A DNA stretch of 64,000 nucleotides from Phycisphaerae bacterium (GCA_963666835.2 CAXXGO010000001.1:672001-736000); one strand, 5' to 3'; positions 20,540-30,539 are shown, counted from the first letter of the stretch. Notes: generated from the letters alone by a model not told the origin. Made by a program: numbers and translations.

Positions 20540-21820
20540 ATGCGCATCAGGTGGCGAGGATTGGAGTTGCCCGGTCGCGTTACTCGCGACGACACTGTAA
20601 GTACTGACTCGTACGGACGGTTCACGGTTGAGCCGTTTGAGCAGGGTTTCGGGACGACAATCGGCAATTCTCTCCGACGGGTGCTGCTTTCCAGTCTCGA
20701 AGGGGGAGCGGTGACGACCGTAAAGATCGGCGGTGTGGCCCATGAATTTGCGACTATCGAGGGTGTTCTGGAGGATGTCACCGACATCCTCCTCAACATC
20801 AAGGGGATAATCGTGAACATGGAGGATGATACCTCCAGGACCCTGTCCGTTGAGCGCAACGAGGCGGGGGAGGTTCGCGCCGGGGATGTGGTTTGTGAGG
20901 CCGGGGTCTCCATTGCGAACCCCGACCATCTGATTGCGACTTTGACGGACAACGTGCCGTTTAGGGTGGATATGACGGTTCGGAAGGGGCGGGGCTATGC
21001 GACGGCGAGTGACAATCGCTCGGCAGAGCAGGAGGTTGGGGTTATTCCCATCGACTCCGTCTTCTCGCCGGTTCAGCGAGTGCGTTTCCGCACGGAGGAT
21101 ATGCGGGTCGGGCAGCGAACGAACTACGATCGCCTTACTCTGGAAGTTTGGACTGACGGAACGGTGGCACCGGAAGACGCTATCGTGGAGGCCGGGTTGA
21201 TTCTGCGGAAGCACCTGAACCCGTTCGTGTCGTATTGCGACATGGGCGAGGAGTCGGTGACGCCGGTCGCCCAGGCGACGGCCGAGCAGTTCTACAGCGT
21301 AGATACCGAGACGGAGGAGCTGTTGAACAGCCCCGTTGCGGCGCTGTCCTTGTCGGTACGGGCGAGCAACTGCCTGGATGCGGCGCGGGTTGCCACGATC
21401 GGCGATCTGGTGGCGCGGACGGAAGCCGACTTGCTGCGGGTGCGGAGTTTTGGCAAGACCTCACTGAACGAGGTTCATCAAAAACTGGCTGAACTGGGTT
21501 TGCGGTTGGGAATGAAGGCCGGGGACGGAGTAGAGCCGGTTGACGATGCGGCGACACCTGCGAAGGGCGTGCCTTCGTGGACGGGTGGAAGCTCGGACGA
21601 TAGCACGGCGAGCGATGGAATGTCGATGGGGGACGTATTTCCAGCCGACGATAGCGCCACTCGATCTGAAGCAAGCAACACGGAGCCGCCGGTCAGGCCG
21701 GATGGCGAGGTGACGCGGGAATCTGGCGAGACCGGTGCCCCGGAGGACTCCGAAGGCGCCGACGATCCGCCCGCGGCCTCGGACTCGGGACCGATGGCGG
21801 CATACACCATGGACGATTAG
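20540..21820 (+). CDS. rpoA: RNA polymerase alpha subunit with a long acidic C-terminal tail
   Basis: EPFEQGFGTTIGNSLRRVLLSS, alpha-CTD LSVRASNCL...FGKTSL; GGAGG RBS before ATG 20540. Confidence 0.97.
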   Translation: MRIRWRGLELPGRVTRDDTVSTDSYGRFTVEPFEQGFGTTIGNSLRRVLLSSLEGGAVTTVKIGGVAHEFATIEGVLEDVTDILLNIKGIIVNMEDDTSRTLSVERNEAGEVRAGDVVCEAGVSIANPDHLIATLTDNVPFRVDMTVRKGRGYATASDNRSAEQEVGVIPIDSVFSPVQRVRFRTEDMRVGQRTNYDRLTLEVWTDGTVAPEDAIVEAGLILRKHLNPFVSYCDMGEESVTPVAQATAEQFYSVDTETEELLNSPVAALSLSVRASNCLDAARVATIGDLVARTEADLLRVRSFGKTSLNEVHQKLAELGLRLGMKAGDGVEPVDDAATPAKGVPSWTGGSSDDSTASDGMSMGDVFPADDSATRSEASNTEPPVRPDGEVTRESGETGAPEDSEGADDPPAASDSGPMAAYTMDD

Positions 21821-21859
21821 CCGGACAGAGATGCTGTCGGGAGAATGTAAGGTAGCGAA

Positions 21860-22579
21860 ATGCGACATCGTATTCACCATCGAAAACTGAACCGCACGTC
21901 GGAACACCGTAAGGCGCTGCGGCGTAATATGGCGCAGAGTCTCATCGAGCACGGCCAGGTGACGACGACCTTGCCGAAAGCCAAGGACATCAGGCCTTTT
22001 TTCGAGCGATTGGTCACCTTGGCGGTGAAGGCCCGCACGCGGGCGGCGCAGAACGATGCAGCCGGATCGCTTCGGGCACGTCGGGCGATCCATCATTTGC
22101 TCGGCGATCGTGCGATTATCCCGAAAGAGCATCAGGATGCATACGAGGGCATGACGGACGCGGCGCGGGCGAGGACGTTGCGGATGGCCAGTGGTCGCCG
22201 CTACCGGACCGGTGAGCCGCGCGGTCGTTTGGCGTTCACCGCGGAGTCCGTTTCGCACTATCTCATCGAGAAAGTCGCTCCGCGTTTCGAGGACCGACCG
22301 GGCGGATATACTCGCCTGATTCGGCTGGCCAAGCGGAGGATCGGCGACAACTCGGCCCTGGCGATGATTCAACTGGTCGGTGATGAAGAGGCGCCGCTGT
22401 CGTTGACTAAGCCGGCGCGCTCGGCGCGGCGTACGCGGACCGATTCGAGGTACGCGATGGCGATTCGAGTGGCTAAGGCATGGTCAGGTAAGGGCGCGGC
22501 ACCGGTGAAGAAGAGCGAGGAGCCGGAAACGCCTGCCGGCGATGCCGTGGAGCCCGGCGACGAGCAGACTGAGGAATAG
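21860..22579 (+). CDS. rplQ: 50S ribosomal protein L17 with internal insertion and C-terminal extension
   Basis: MRHR...KLNRTSEHRKAL, TTTLPKAK, RPGGYTRLIRL, RIGD. Confidence 0.95.
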   Translation: MRHRIHHRKLNRTSEHRKALRRNMAQSLIEHGQVTTTLPKAKDIRPFFERLVTLAVKARTRAAQNDAAGSLRARRAIHHLLGDRAIIPKEHQDAYEGMTDAARARTLRMASGRRYRTGEPRGRLAFTAESVSHYLIEKVAPRFEDRPGGYTRLIRLAKRRIGDNSALAMIQLVGDEEAPLSLTKPARSARRTRTDSRYAMAIRVAKAWSGKGAAPVKKSEEPETPAGDAVEPGDEQTEE

Positions 22580-22755
22580 GGATGGCCGGTAGCGCGGAGT
22601 GCGGTGCTGCCGAAACCTCGTCGCGCGGGTCGTGTTATCCCTCCGGTGCTGTTGGTCCGGAGGGTGATTCTGGTCGATGGCCGGGTGCGGTCTGGTGCGG
22701 GTAGTCCCGTATCCTGTGGCCGGATCGGCCGACCTCCCCGGTTGTGGAGGTTCCC

Positions 22756-23187
22756 ATGTCGCGCGATGCCGATTGTATTTTCTGCAAGATAGTAGCGGTC
22801 GAGATCCCTGCGGCGGTCGTCTATGAGGACGAAAGCCTGTTGGCGTTTCTCGATGTTTCCCCGCTGGCTGCCGGTCACGTTCTGGTGGTTCCCCAAGCAC
22901 ACTACAGCAGTCTAGTTGACCTTCCGGTAGAGATTGCGACCCAGATAGCCCTGGTATTGCCCCGGCTCGGTCGGGCCTTGATGGAAGTTACGCAGGCCGA
23001 GGGGTTCAATGTGCTGGTCAACGATGGTGCGGCGGCCGGGCAAGTAGTGCCGCACCTGCACTTCCACCTGATACCTCGGAAGACCGGTGACGGGCTCGGT
23101 TACCGATGGAATGCCGGCTCGTACGAGGGGGACAGGGCCAAGGAGCTGGCCGCGGCCTATCAGCAGGCTTTAACCTCACATAGATAG
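22756..23187 (+). CDS. HIT family (histidine triad) protein
   Basis: CIFCKI, GHVLVVP, AGQVVPHLHFH. Confidence 0.93.
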   Translation: MSRDADCIFCKIVAVEIPAAVVYEDESLLAFLDVSPLAAGHVLVVPQAHYSSLVDLPVEIATQIALVLPRLGRALMEVTQAEGFNVLVNDGAAAGQVVPHLHFHLIPRKTGDGLGYRWNAGSYEGDRAKELAAAYQQALTSHR

Positions 23188-23235
23188 TCCTGGACTGCCG
23201 TCTTTATGCCGAGAACGCGGTACGTGCGGGCCGGG

Positions 23236-23658
23236 TCACTCGCCGAGTACCTGCACGACAATACGCCGGGATCTTCGCCGCGTGTCGAAATCGAGAAGGA
23301 CGATCTGCTGCCACGTTCCAAGCCGCATCTGCCCATTGATGAACGGTACGGTGAGGCTGGGGCCGACCAACGCGGCGCGGACGTGCGAGTGCCCGTTGTC
23401 GTCGTGCCAGGTTTCCTCGTGCAGGTAACGTCCGTCCTCGGGAGCGATCTTCTCAAACGCGGCCTTGAGATCGTGATTCGCCAAGCCCGGCTCGAACTCG
23501 GTCGTGGTGATACCGGCCGTAGAGCCGACGGCGAAGACGGTGACCGTGCCCGTCCGGATAGTGCCCTCGCCCAAGCACCGGGTGACTTGCTCGGTGATGT
23601 TGACAACGTGGTTGTTACCATGGGTGGATACTTCGAACTCGTGGGGTTCGACGGCCAT
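23236..23658 (-). CDS. yjbQ: YjbQ/UPF0047 family protein
   Basis: GSTAGITTTE.EP, DNGHSHVRAALVG, LGTWQQI. Confidence 0.9.
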   Translation of the reverse strand: MAVEPHEFEVSTHGNNHVVNITEQVTRCLGEGTIRTGTVTVFAVGSTAGITTTEFEPGLANHDLKAAFEKIAPEDGRYLHEETWHDDNGHSHVRAALVGPSLTVPFINGQMRLGTWQQIVLLDFDTRRRSRRIVVQVLGE

Positions 23659-23787
23659 GTCCGGAGTGTACTCCGGTGCTGGTCGGGATCAACACGAAGG
23701 ACTGTGATGGCAGGCACGGGTACGAGATCCCTGATATGATGGCGTTGTTGAAGTTGGGTCCGAGACCAAGCTCGCGAGGTTGGGACA

Positions 23788-24933
23788 ATGCTCGATTACA
23801 GAACATCCGGTGAATCGCATGGTCGGGCGGTGATAGCCTACATTGAGGGTCTGCCGTCCGATCTGGCTTTCGACGAGGGCGTAGTCAACGCGGAGCTGTT
23901 ACGGCGCCAGGGGGGTCACGGCCGGGGCGGGCGCATGGAGATCGAACAGGATGCGGTCGAAATCATATCCGGTGTTCGGCGGGGGAAGACGATCGGTTCT
24001 CCGATCACGTTGTTGATCCGCAATTGCGACTTTCGGATCGATGATGCTCCGGCGGTTCAGCGTCCCCGACCGGGGCACGCGGATCTTGCGGGCAGCCTTA
24101 AGTGGCTGACTACGGACTGTCGCAACGTGTTGGAGCGGGCGTCTGCGCGGGAGACGGCCGCCCGGGTGGCGGCCGGGGCGACGGCTCGGGGTTTGCTGCG
24201 AGAGTTCGGCATCGACGTCGTTGGCTATGTGGTTCGCGTCGGCTCGGTTACCGGGCAAGTGGATGCCGAGGTGAATCTTGCCGATTTGCGACATGAACGT
24301 GACACCAACGAAGTGTATTGTCCGGACGCCCGGGTCGTGCAGGGGATGATCGAAGCCATCGATCAGGCGGCGGCAGATGGAGATACGGTCGGCGGGGTTA
24401 TTGAGGTGCAGGTTGAGGGGCACCCGCCGGGTCTGGGAAGCTGCATGTGCCGGCAGGATCGGTTGGACGGTGCTTTGATGGGGGCGGTTGGTTCGATCCA
24501 GGCGATCAAGGGCGTTGAGATCGGGTTAGGGTTCGCAGCGGCCGGGGAGCTCGGCAGTCGGGTACACGACGAGATCGAGTTCGATCCGACACGGCGCGAT
24601 GCGCCGAAGATGGGTTTCTCGCGGCGGTCGAATCGCGCGGGCGGGTTAGAAGGCGGGATGACCAACGGGGAGCGGATCGTTCTTCGCGCGGCGATGAAGC
24701 CGATCAGCACGCTGACGAAGGGGCTGGACAGTGTGAATCTCGCCAGCGGGCAACCGGAACGGTCGGACTATGAACGCAGCGACGTTTGTGCGGTTCCCGC
24801 CGCCAGTGTGGTGGTTGAGAACGTTGTGGCCTTTGAAATCGCTCGTGCGGTCCTGGCCAAGTTCGGGGGCGACTCGTTGGGCGAAGTCCGGGGGGCGTAT
24901 GACCGCTACGTCGAGGCGCTAAAGTCGATGTGA
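23788..24933 (+). CDS. aroC: Chorismate synthase
   Basis: TSGESHG, PRPGHAD, ERASARETA, NRAGGLEGGMTNG, MKPISTL, RSDVC. Confidence 0.97.
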   Translation: MLDYRTSGESHGRAVIAYIEGLPSDLAFDEGVVNAELLRRQGGHGRGGRMEIEQDAVEIISGVRRGKTIGSPITLLIRNCDFRIDDAPAVQRPRPGHADLAGSLKWLTTDCRNVLERASARETAARVAAGATARGLLREFGIDVVGYVVRVGSVTGQVDAEVNLADLRHERDTNEVYCPDARVVQGMIEAIDQAAADGDTVGGVIEVQVEGHPPGLGSCMCRQDRLDGALMGAVGSIQAIKGVEIGLGFAAAGELGSRVHDEIEFDPTRRDAPKMGFSRRSNRAGGLEGGMTNGERIVLRAAMKPISTLTKGLDSVNLASGQPERSDYERSDVCAVPAASVVVENVVAFEIARAVLAKFGGDSLGEVRGAYDRYVEALKSM

Positions 24934-24982
24934 CTCTTGTATGAGATGGACCCGGCGGGGGCGGGGCGTTGCCCCCGAAAAA

Positions 24983-25069
24983 CGGAGGAGGAGGGATTCG
25001 AACCCCCGAGACGATTTCTCGCCTAACGGTTTTCAAGACCGTCGCCTTCAGCCGCTCGGCCACTCCTCC
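24983..25069 (-). tRNA. tRNA-Ser(TGA)
   Basis: Reverse complement GGAGGAGTGGCCGAGCGGCTGAAGGCG-ACGGT CT TGA AA ACCGT-long variable arm-GGGGGTTCGAATCCCTC-CTCCTCC-G. CCA is not encoded. Confidence 0.95.
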
Positions 25070-25496
25070 ATATCGGTTTCAGGCGGTGTGTCAATAACGA
25101 GGGCGGACACCGCTCAGGGCGAAATTCTTGCGTTTGTGAGCGAAATCACGGTTCGGATCAGCTTCTTCGCCGGAAGGTGATGCGAGCGCTCACCGCGCGC
25201 TGCGTAGCATAAACGCGGAGTCAATTACCATCAAGGCATCGCCAGTGCTCTCTCGTAGGCAGAGGTTTGAGTTCGGTACGTACCGTGTTCCGTTCTTGAA
25301 GTGCTCAGAAGCAGTGGCACCTCTGGAGTCTTCCCAGTATTCCAAGAGGCGGATGGATGGGGGGGTGGTTGGGCGGTTCGAGATTGGCTACCAACAATGT
25401 CCCTTATTGTGCGTCTTTACTTCCGGGAGGTGTGTACCTATTGATAGATATAGTGCTGGTTTCGGCGGAGGCATTTCACCCCAATAGGAGTTCGCT

Positions 25497-27218
25497 ATGA
25501 ACAGATCGAATCTCAACGGATATAGCAGGTGGGTCATATTGGCGTTGCCGGTTCTGCTTGTGGTCAGCGGCAGTGTGGCGCTGGCGGGTCCGGACACCGG
25601 GTTGTTGGAGATCATGCGGAGTGAGCTGGATCTGTCGATGAACAAGCTCGTGTCTCCGGACGGTACGAAACCCTATTTCATCCAGTACTCGGTTACGGAT
25701 GAGAAGGACCTTGCCATCTCGGCGTCGCTCGGATCCGTGACCCGCGATCACGATAGCCACTCTCGGCAACTGGAGGTAGATGTTCGGTGCGGGGATTACG
25801 CCCTGGACAATACACATCAGATTCGAGGGGGGTATTGGGGCGGGTATGACTACTGGCAGGGGGCGGTCAGTCTACCGCTCGAAGGTGACCCGGTTGCGAC
25901 CCGGCATGCTATCTGGCTGGAGACGGATACGAAGTTCAAGGCGGCGGTGAAGCGGCTCGGGCAGGTCAAGGCTAACGTGAAGGTGATGGTCGAAGAGGAG
26001 GATCTGTCGGACGACTTCTCCCGGGAGGATCCCAGCGTTCACCAGGGCGAGTGGTTGGACCAGCCGGCCGATGTTCGGTCGTTGACCGAGCGGATCAAGA
26101 AGTTCTCGCGGCGGTTTAGAGACCATCCGCTCATCTACAATTCCGGGGTAAGCCTCAGCGGGAACGTCACGAACCGATTGGCCGTCAATTCGGAAGGGAG
26201 CCGGTTGCAGTTCGGGCGGGGCTGGTGGCGGATCGGAATCCAGGCCTCGACGATCGCGGACGACGGCATGGAGCTGTCACAGTATCACGCCTTCGACGCG
26301 CATTCTCCGGACGGGCTGCCGGACGACCAGACGATTATCGACGCAGTAGATAAGGTGATTGCCGATGTTATGGCACTGCGCGAGGCGCCGATCGTCGACC
26401 CGTATACGGGTCCGGCGATTCTGCGCGGCCGGGCCAGCGGAGTCTTTTTCCACGAGATCTTCGGTCACCGTATCGAGGGCCATCGCCAGAAGGACGTGGA
26501 GGAAGGTCAGACCTTTGCCAAGAAGATCGGCAAGGAGATCCTGCCGCCGTTTCTCAGCATAGTGGACGATCCGACTAAGAGGGTGTTCAACGGGGTCGAG
26601 CTGAACGGGTTTTACGAGTTCGACGAGGAGTGCATTCCGGCTCAGGCGGCTCATGTGGTAGTCAGCGGGGTGTTGGAGACGTTCCTGTTGTCGCGGTCCC
26701 CGACGCGGGGTTTTACGAAGTCGAACGGACACGGGCGGCGGCAGCCGGGGATGGGAGTCGTTGCCCGGCAGGGTAATCTGTACGTTAATTCGAGCAAACA
26801 GGTTCCGTTGGCGACCTTGCGGCGGATGCTGATAGACGAGTGCAAGAAGCAAGGGAAAGAATACGGCTTGTTGTTCGACGATATCTCGGGTGGTTTTACG
26901 ATGACCACGCGCTGGATGCCGCAGGCGTTCAAGGTCGAACCGATCCTGGTTTATAAGGTCTACCCGGACGGCCGGCCGGACGAGCTTGTGCGCGGGGTCG
27001 ACATCGTGGGCACGCCCTTGACGTGTTTCTCGAAGATTCTGGCGAACGCGGACGATCCGGAGGTGTTCAACGGTATCTGCGGAGCGGAATCGGGAGCGGT
27101 GCCGGTATCGTCTATCTCTCCGAGCATTCTCGTGGAACAGGTCGAGATCGAGAAGAAGGAGAAGTCGCAGGACCGGCCGCCGATCCTCGAGGCTCCGATC
27201 GCGACAGAGAGTAAGTAG
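25497..27218 (+). CDS. TldD family metalloprotease with an N-terminal signal peptide
   Basis: FFHEIFGHRIEG (HExxGH), DDPT, FDEE, SNGHGR and C-terminal CGAESG Cys ligand. The hydrophobic N-terminus ends ...SVALA. Confidence 0.85.
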   Translation: MNRSNLNGYSRWVILALPVLLVVSGSVALAGPDTGLLEIMRSELDLSMNKLVSPDGTKPYFIQYSVTDEKDLAISASLGSVTRDHDSHSRQLEVDVRCGDYALDNTHQIRGGYWGGYDYWQGAVSLPLEGDPVATRHAIWLETDTKFKAAVKRLGQVKANVKVMVEEEDLSDDFSREDPSVHQGEWLDQPADVRSLTERIKKFSRRFRDHPLIYNSGVSLSGNVTNRLAVNSEGSRLQFGRGWWRIGIQASTIADDGMELSQYHAFDAHSPDGLPDDQTIIDAVDKVIADVMALREAPIVDPYTGPAILRGRASGVFFHEIFGHRIEGHRQKDVEEGQTFAKKIGKEILPPFLSIVDDPTKRVFNGVELNGFYEFDEECIPAQAAHVVVSGVLETFLLSRSPTRGFTKSNGHGRRQPGMGVVARQGNLYVNSSKQVPLATLRRMLIDECKKQGKEYGLLFDDISGGFTMTTRWMPQAFKVEPILVYKVYPDGRPDELVRGVDIVGTPLTCFSKILANADDPEVFNGICGAESGAVPVSSISPSILVEQVEIEKKEKSQDRPPILEAPIATESK

Positions 27219-27281
27219 GGCGACAGCCGCCGTTACTATGACAGTTAGTGACAAGCCAACCTCCATTAGGGAGATTATTCC

Positions 27282-28994
27282 GTGAAACGAATCATTACTG
27301 CGATGTTCATGCTGACGCTGCCGGTCGGCGTAGTCGAGGCAACCGATGACCTTCAGCGGGAGATGAGGGATGACGTTGTCCTGCGCGCTCTGGTTGATGA
27401 ACTTCAGCGCGGCAAGGTGGGTCTCAAGCTCGAAGGACTGGAGAGTCCGTATTATGTGGAATACGGTTTGACCGATGCCAATCAGGTGTCAGTGCAGGCG
27501 GCGTTGGGGGCGGTGACCGGAAAGAACATCAACCGGTCGCGGCGTCTCCAAGACGACGTGCGCGTAGGGTCGTATGAGTTGGACAACACCAACTTCCAGG
27601 GGGACCGCGGTTGGTGGGGCGGATCGTGGGGGTACTTTGGAGGGTCGATCCCGCTCGAGGATGACTACATGGCGATCCGCCAGGCCGTCTGGTGGACGAC
27701 GGATCGGAAGTACAAGGACGTGGTCGAGGCGTTTGAAAAGAAGAAGGCCTTCATGGAGGATAAGGTTATCGAGGACAAACCCGATGACTTCTCCCGAGAG
27801 AAGCCGACCGTTCATTTCGACGCCCGGGCGGATCTGAGCCTGGATGAGGCCAAGGTCGAGGAACTGGCGGTGGCGCTTTCCCGGCTGTTCCGCGAGCATC
27901 CGGATGTTCAACAGTCGAGTGTCAGCGTTTCGTCATCCGCGTGGAATAAGTATCTGGTGAACACCGAAGGCACGCGGCTGCGGGTCGCCGGTTCGGGGAG
28001 CTCGGTGACCGTGCAGGCCACGGTGCAGGCGGACGATGGAATGAAGTTTTCCGACAAGGTTACGGCTACGGCGCGGACCTTCGATGCGTTGCCGGATAAG
28101 GCGGAGTTGGTCAAGCGTTGCGGTGAGATGATCGATCGACTTCGCGTGGTGAAAGACGCGCCGAAGCTCGAGAGTTATGCCGGTCCGGTTCTGTTCGAGG
28201 CTCCGGCCGCGGCCGGGCTCTTCGCTCAGCGCTTTGCCCGTCGTTTCACGGGGGGGCAGCGAGCGTTGGGCGGTCGGGGCAATCCTGACGACTTGGCGAA
28301 GAAGCTGGGCAAGCGCATCTTGCCGCGTTTCGTCGATGTCGTTGACGACCCGACGTTGGAGGAGCTTGAGGGCGAGCCGGTGGTGGGGCACTATCGCTAC
28401 GATGAGCAGGGGGTGCCGGCCCAACCGGTGAAGCTGGTGGAGAGCGGGAAGCTCCGAGCGATGCTGATGTCGCGCAATCCGTCCAAGGAGTTCAAGCAGT
28501 CCAACGGGCATGGGCGGGGGCGCGGGGCCGCTCCGGGAGTCTTGATCTTGAAGGCCGACGGCGGTGCCGACGAGGCGGCGCTGCGGGCCGAGTTGCTCGA
28601 AGCCTGTGAGGACGAGGATCTCGAGTACGGCATCAAGGTGGCAGCACTGGGCGGATCCGGAGATTCCAACGGATTCTCCCGGTATTCGTTCGATTTCGAT
28701 TTCGATTTCGGGGGCGGCCGCGGTCGCGGAGGGACCTTGCCGCTGGTCATGTACAAAGTCTATCCCGACGGACGGGAGGAGCCGATTCGCGGAGCCGAGT
28801 TTGCCGACATCGACGCCAAGGCGTTCAAGCGGGTCCTGGCCGCGGGGGACTCGCTGCACGTTATTAACGAAGGGGGGCGGCAGCGCCGAACGGTTGCGGC
28901 TCCGGCACTGCTGTTCGAGGAACTGGACCTGACGGAGATCGATCGTGACTTCGACAAGCCGCCGATTCTGCCTTCGCCGCTGGCGCGGCAGTAA
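27282..28994 (+). CDS. TldE/PmbA-like non-catalytic partner with a signal peptide
   Basis: Paralogous to the upstream gene (YELDNT, DDFSRE, DDGM, DDPT, SNGHGR, YKVYPDG) but lacks HExxH and the Cys. N-terminus MKRIITAMFMLTLPVGVVEA. Confidence 0.8.
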   Translation: MKRIITAMFMLTLPVGVVEATDDLQREMRDDVVLRALVDELQRGKVGLKLEGLESPYYVEYGLTDANQVSVQAALGAVTGKNINRSRRLQDDVRVGSYELDNTNFQGDRGWWGGSWGYFGGSIPLEDDYMAIRQAVWWTTDRKYKDVVEAFEKKKAFMEDKVIEDKPDDFSREKPTVHFDARADLSLDEAKVEELAVALSRLFREHPDVQQSSVSVSSSAWNKYLVNTEGTRLRVAGSGSSVTVQATVQADDGMKFSDKVTATARTFDALPDKAELVKRCGEMIDRLRVVKDAPKLESYAGPVLFEAPAAAGLFAQRFARRFTGGQRALGGRGNPDDLAKKLGKRILPRFVDVVDDPTLEELEGEPVVGHYRYDEQGVPAQPVKLVESGKLRAMLMSRNPSKEFKQSNGHGRGRGAAPGVLILKADGGADEAALRAELLEACEDEDLEYGIKVAALGGSGDSNGFSRYSFDFDFDFGGGRGRGGTLPLVMYKVYPDGREEPIRGAEFADIDAKAFKRVLAAGDSLHVINEGGRQRRTVAAPALLFEELDLTEIDRDFDKPPILPSPLARQ

Positions 28995-29085
28995 AGGGCG
29001 CGAGCAGAGGATACGGAGGTTCTGGTCCCGGGTTGGTCGGATCGAGCGGTTGAGGTCTATGGTCTGACCCCCGGGAGCAGGGGGG

Positions 29086-30441
29086 ATGTTGCCTATGCTG
29101 GCAAAGCTCGTCGCGGGGCTTGTTGGCCTGCTGTTCGTGGTAGGCCTTGTTCTCGCCCTCTGTGCGCATTCTGCGAATCGTCGTTGGCAAGGGCAACTTG
29201 CCGCGCTGCGGGCCGCGGGTGAGCCTCTGACCATCCAAGACATTCAGGCCCTGCGTGCGCCGGCGACGGGCGAGGGCGACACTATTGCCGACGTGGTCAC
29301 CCGCGCGGCGGACGAGGTAGAAGCCATACGGGGTCCGGTGCCGAGAGGGGTTCTCGGGATGCCCGGCGGCCCTGATATTGACTTTTTCGCGGGCATTCCG
29401 GCTGGCGCTATTGGAATGACGCGGGATTATGTGTCCGCTCGTCGATCGGCCCTGACGAGGCTGGGCATTATCGAGGGACTTCGGCCCGGCCGTTATGCCA
29501 TCTCGTATGACGGCTCGCCGGCAGACCTGACGCGATTCACAGACGAAGGGCCTCCGATTCGTCATCTGACACAGTTGCTTTACCTGGATGCAACGTTAAG
29601 ACTTGTCGACGGCGATACGGAGGGAGCAGCATCCAACATACCCCTACTACTGCGGATTCTGTCCCCGGAGGCAGACGAACCTACCGGGATGGCAGGCTTG
29701 ACCTCGGCAGGGGCGGTCGTGAGGGCCACCCGCGTTCTCCAAGACGTGCTTCGAGTGGGAGTCCTGCAAGATGAGACTCTCCGGCGTCTGGATGCGGAGT
29801 TCGCAGACTGCCTCGCTTCGCACTCGGTAAGGTGGGCTTTGTGGGGTGATCGAGCGGGGTTCATAGCGGTCTTGGAGCAGCATCACAGTATTGGCGGTGT
29901 TGCGGGGATGGTCCTGCGCCTTCAAGACGGAGATCACCCGGAGCGCGTGATGGAGATGTTCGGCTGGCTTCTTGATGCCGGAGAAGACCCTGCCGAACTC
30001 CTTGCGGCCGCCAAGCGGGTCGAAACGGAGCTGCAGAAGCAAAGCGAATGGCAGTCCTTGACGAGTTGGACCGTGATTCGCACTCCGTCGTTGGTTGTCG
30101 CGCACGTTTGGGGCATTGCCGAGATCCGAGCGGCACGTGTGGTCGTTGCTGTGGAGCGGTTCCGTTTGAAGGAAGGCGAGTTTCCGGAATTGCTCGAGGA
30201 ACTTGTCCCGGAGTACCTCTCCGAGATCCCCACGGATCCGTTCGACGGATTACCCATGAAGATCGCCCGGACCGACGCTGGTTTGGTTGTCTACTCGGTG
30301 GGGCGTGACGAAGTCGACAATAGTGGCAGTGTCGTGCCGGACGAAGGTGCGCGGGAGGCGCGCGACCAGGGCTTTCGGCTTCTTGACGGTGCAGAGCGAG
30401 GAGTCGTCCTTATCGACTCACCGAAGGTGGACGTCGATTAG
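29086..30441 (+). CDS. Membrane-anchored hypothetical protein with a pseudopilin (GspG)-like C-terminal motif
   Basis: N-terminal TM; AVERFRLKEGEFPELLEELVPEYLSEIPTDPFDG...VYSVG; paralog of 48643..50208. Confidence 0.7.
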   Translation: MLPMLAKLVAGLVGLLFVVGLVLALCAHSANRRWQGQLAALRAAGEPLTIQDIQALRAPATGEGDTIADVVTRAADEVEAIRGPVPRGVLGMPGGPDIDFFAGIPAGAIGMTRDYVSARRSALTRLGIIEGLRPGRYAISYDGSPADLTRFTDEGPPIRHLTQLLYLDATLRLVDGDTEGAASNIPLLLRILSPEADEPTGMAGLTSAGAVVRATRVLQDVLRVGVLQDETLRRLDAEFADCLASHSVRWALWGDRAGFIAVLEQHHSIGGVAGMVLRLQDGDHPERVMEMFGWLLDAGEDPAELLAAAKRVETELQKQSEWQSLTSWTVIRTPSLVVAHVWGIAEIRAARVVVAVERFRLKEGEFPELLEELVPEYLSEIPTDPFDGLPMKIARTDAGLVVYSVGRDEVDNSGSVVPDEGAREARDQGFRLLDGAERGVVLIDSPKVDVD

Positions 30442-30509
30442 CGGCGGTTAGGTCGCGCGGGCAAGGTGTGTTCGCAGCCTGCACGAAGGGGCGCGAGCTG
30501 ACTCAGACA

Positions 30510-30539
30510 CCACGGGCCAACAAGTTGGCCCATGCCACC
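30510..30539. repeat. REP-like palindromic repeat, copy 1
   Basis: CCACGGGCCAAC-AA-GTTGGCCCATGCCACC. Confidence 0.75.

Noticed and set aside
24983..25069. tRNA-Ser as the integration site of the accessory block
   Set aside because: Its 3' end faces aroC, not the accessory genes. I saw no integrase and no duplicated tRNA 3' end.
25089..25094. Minus-strand TTGACA near the tRNA
   Set aside because: It lies only ~20 nt from the mature 5' end, too close to be its -35 box.
25245..25487. 80-aa ORF upstream of tldD as a RiPP precursor
   Set aside because: It has a GTG start with no clear RBS, no leader/core pattern and no modifying enzymes nearby.
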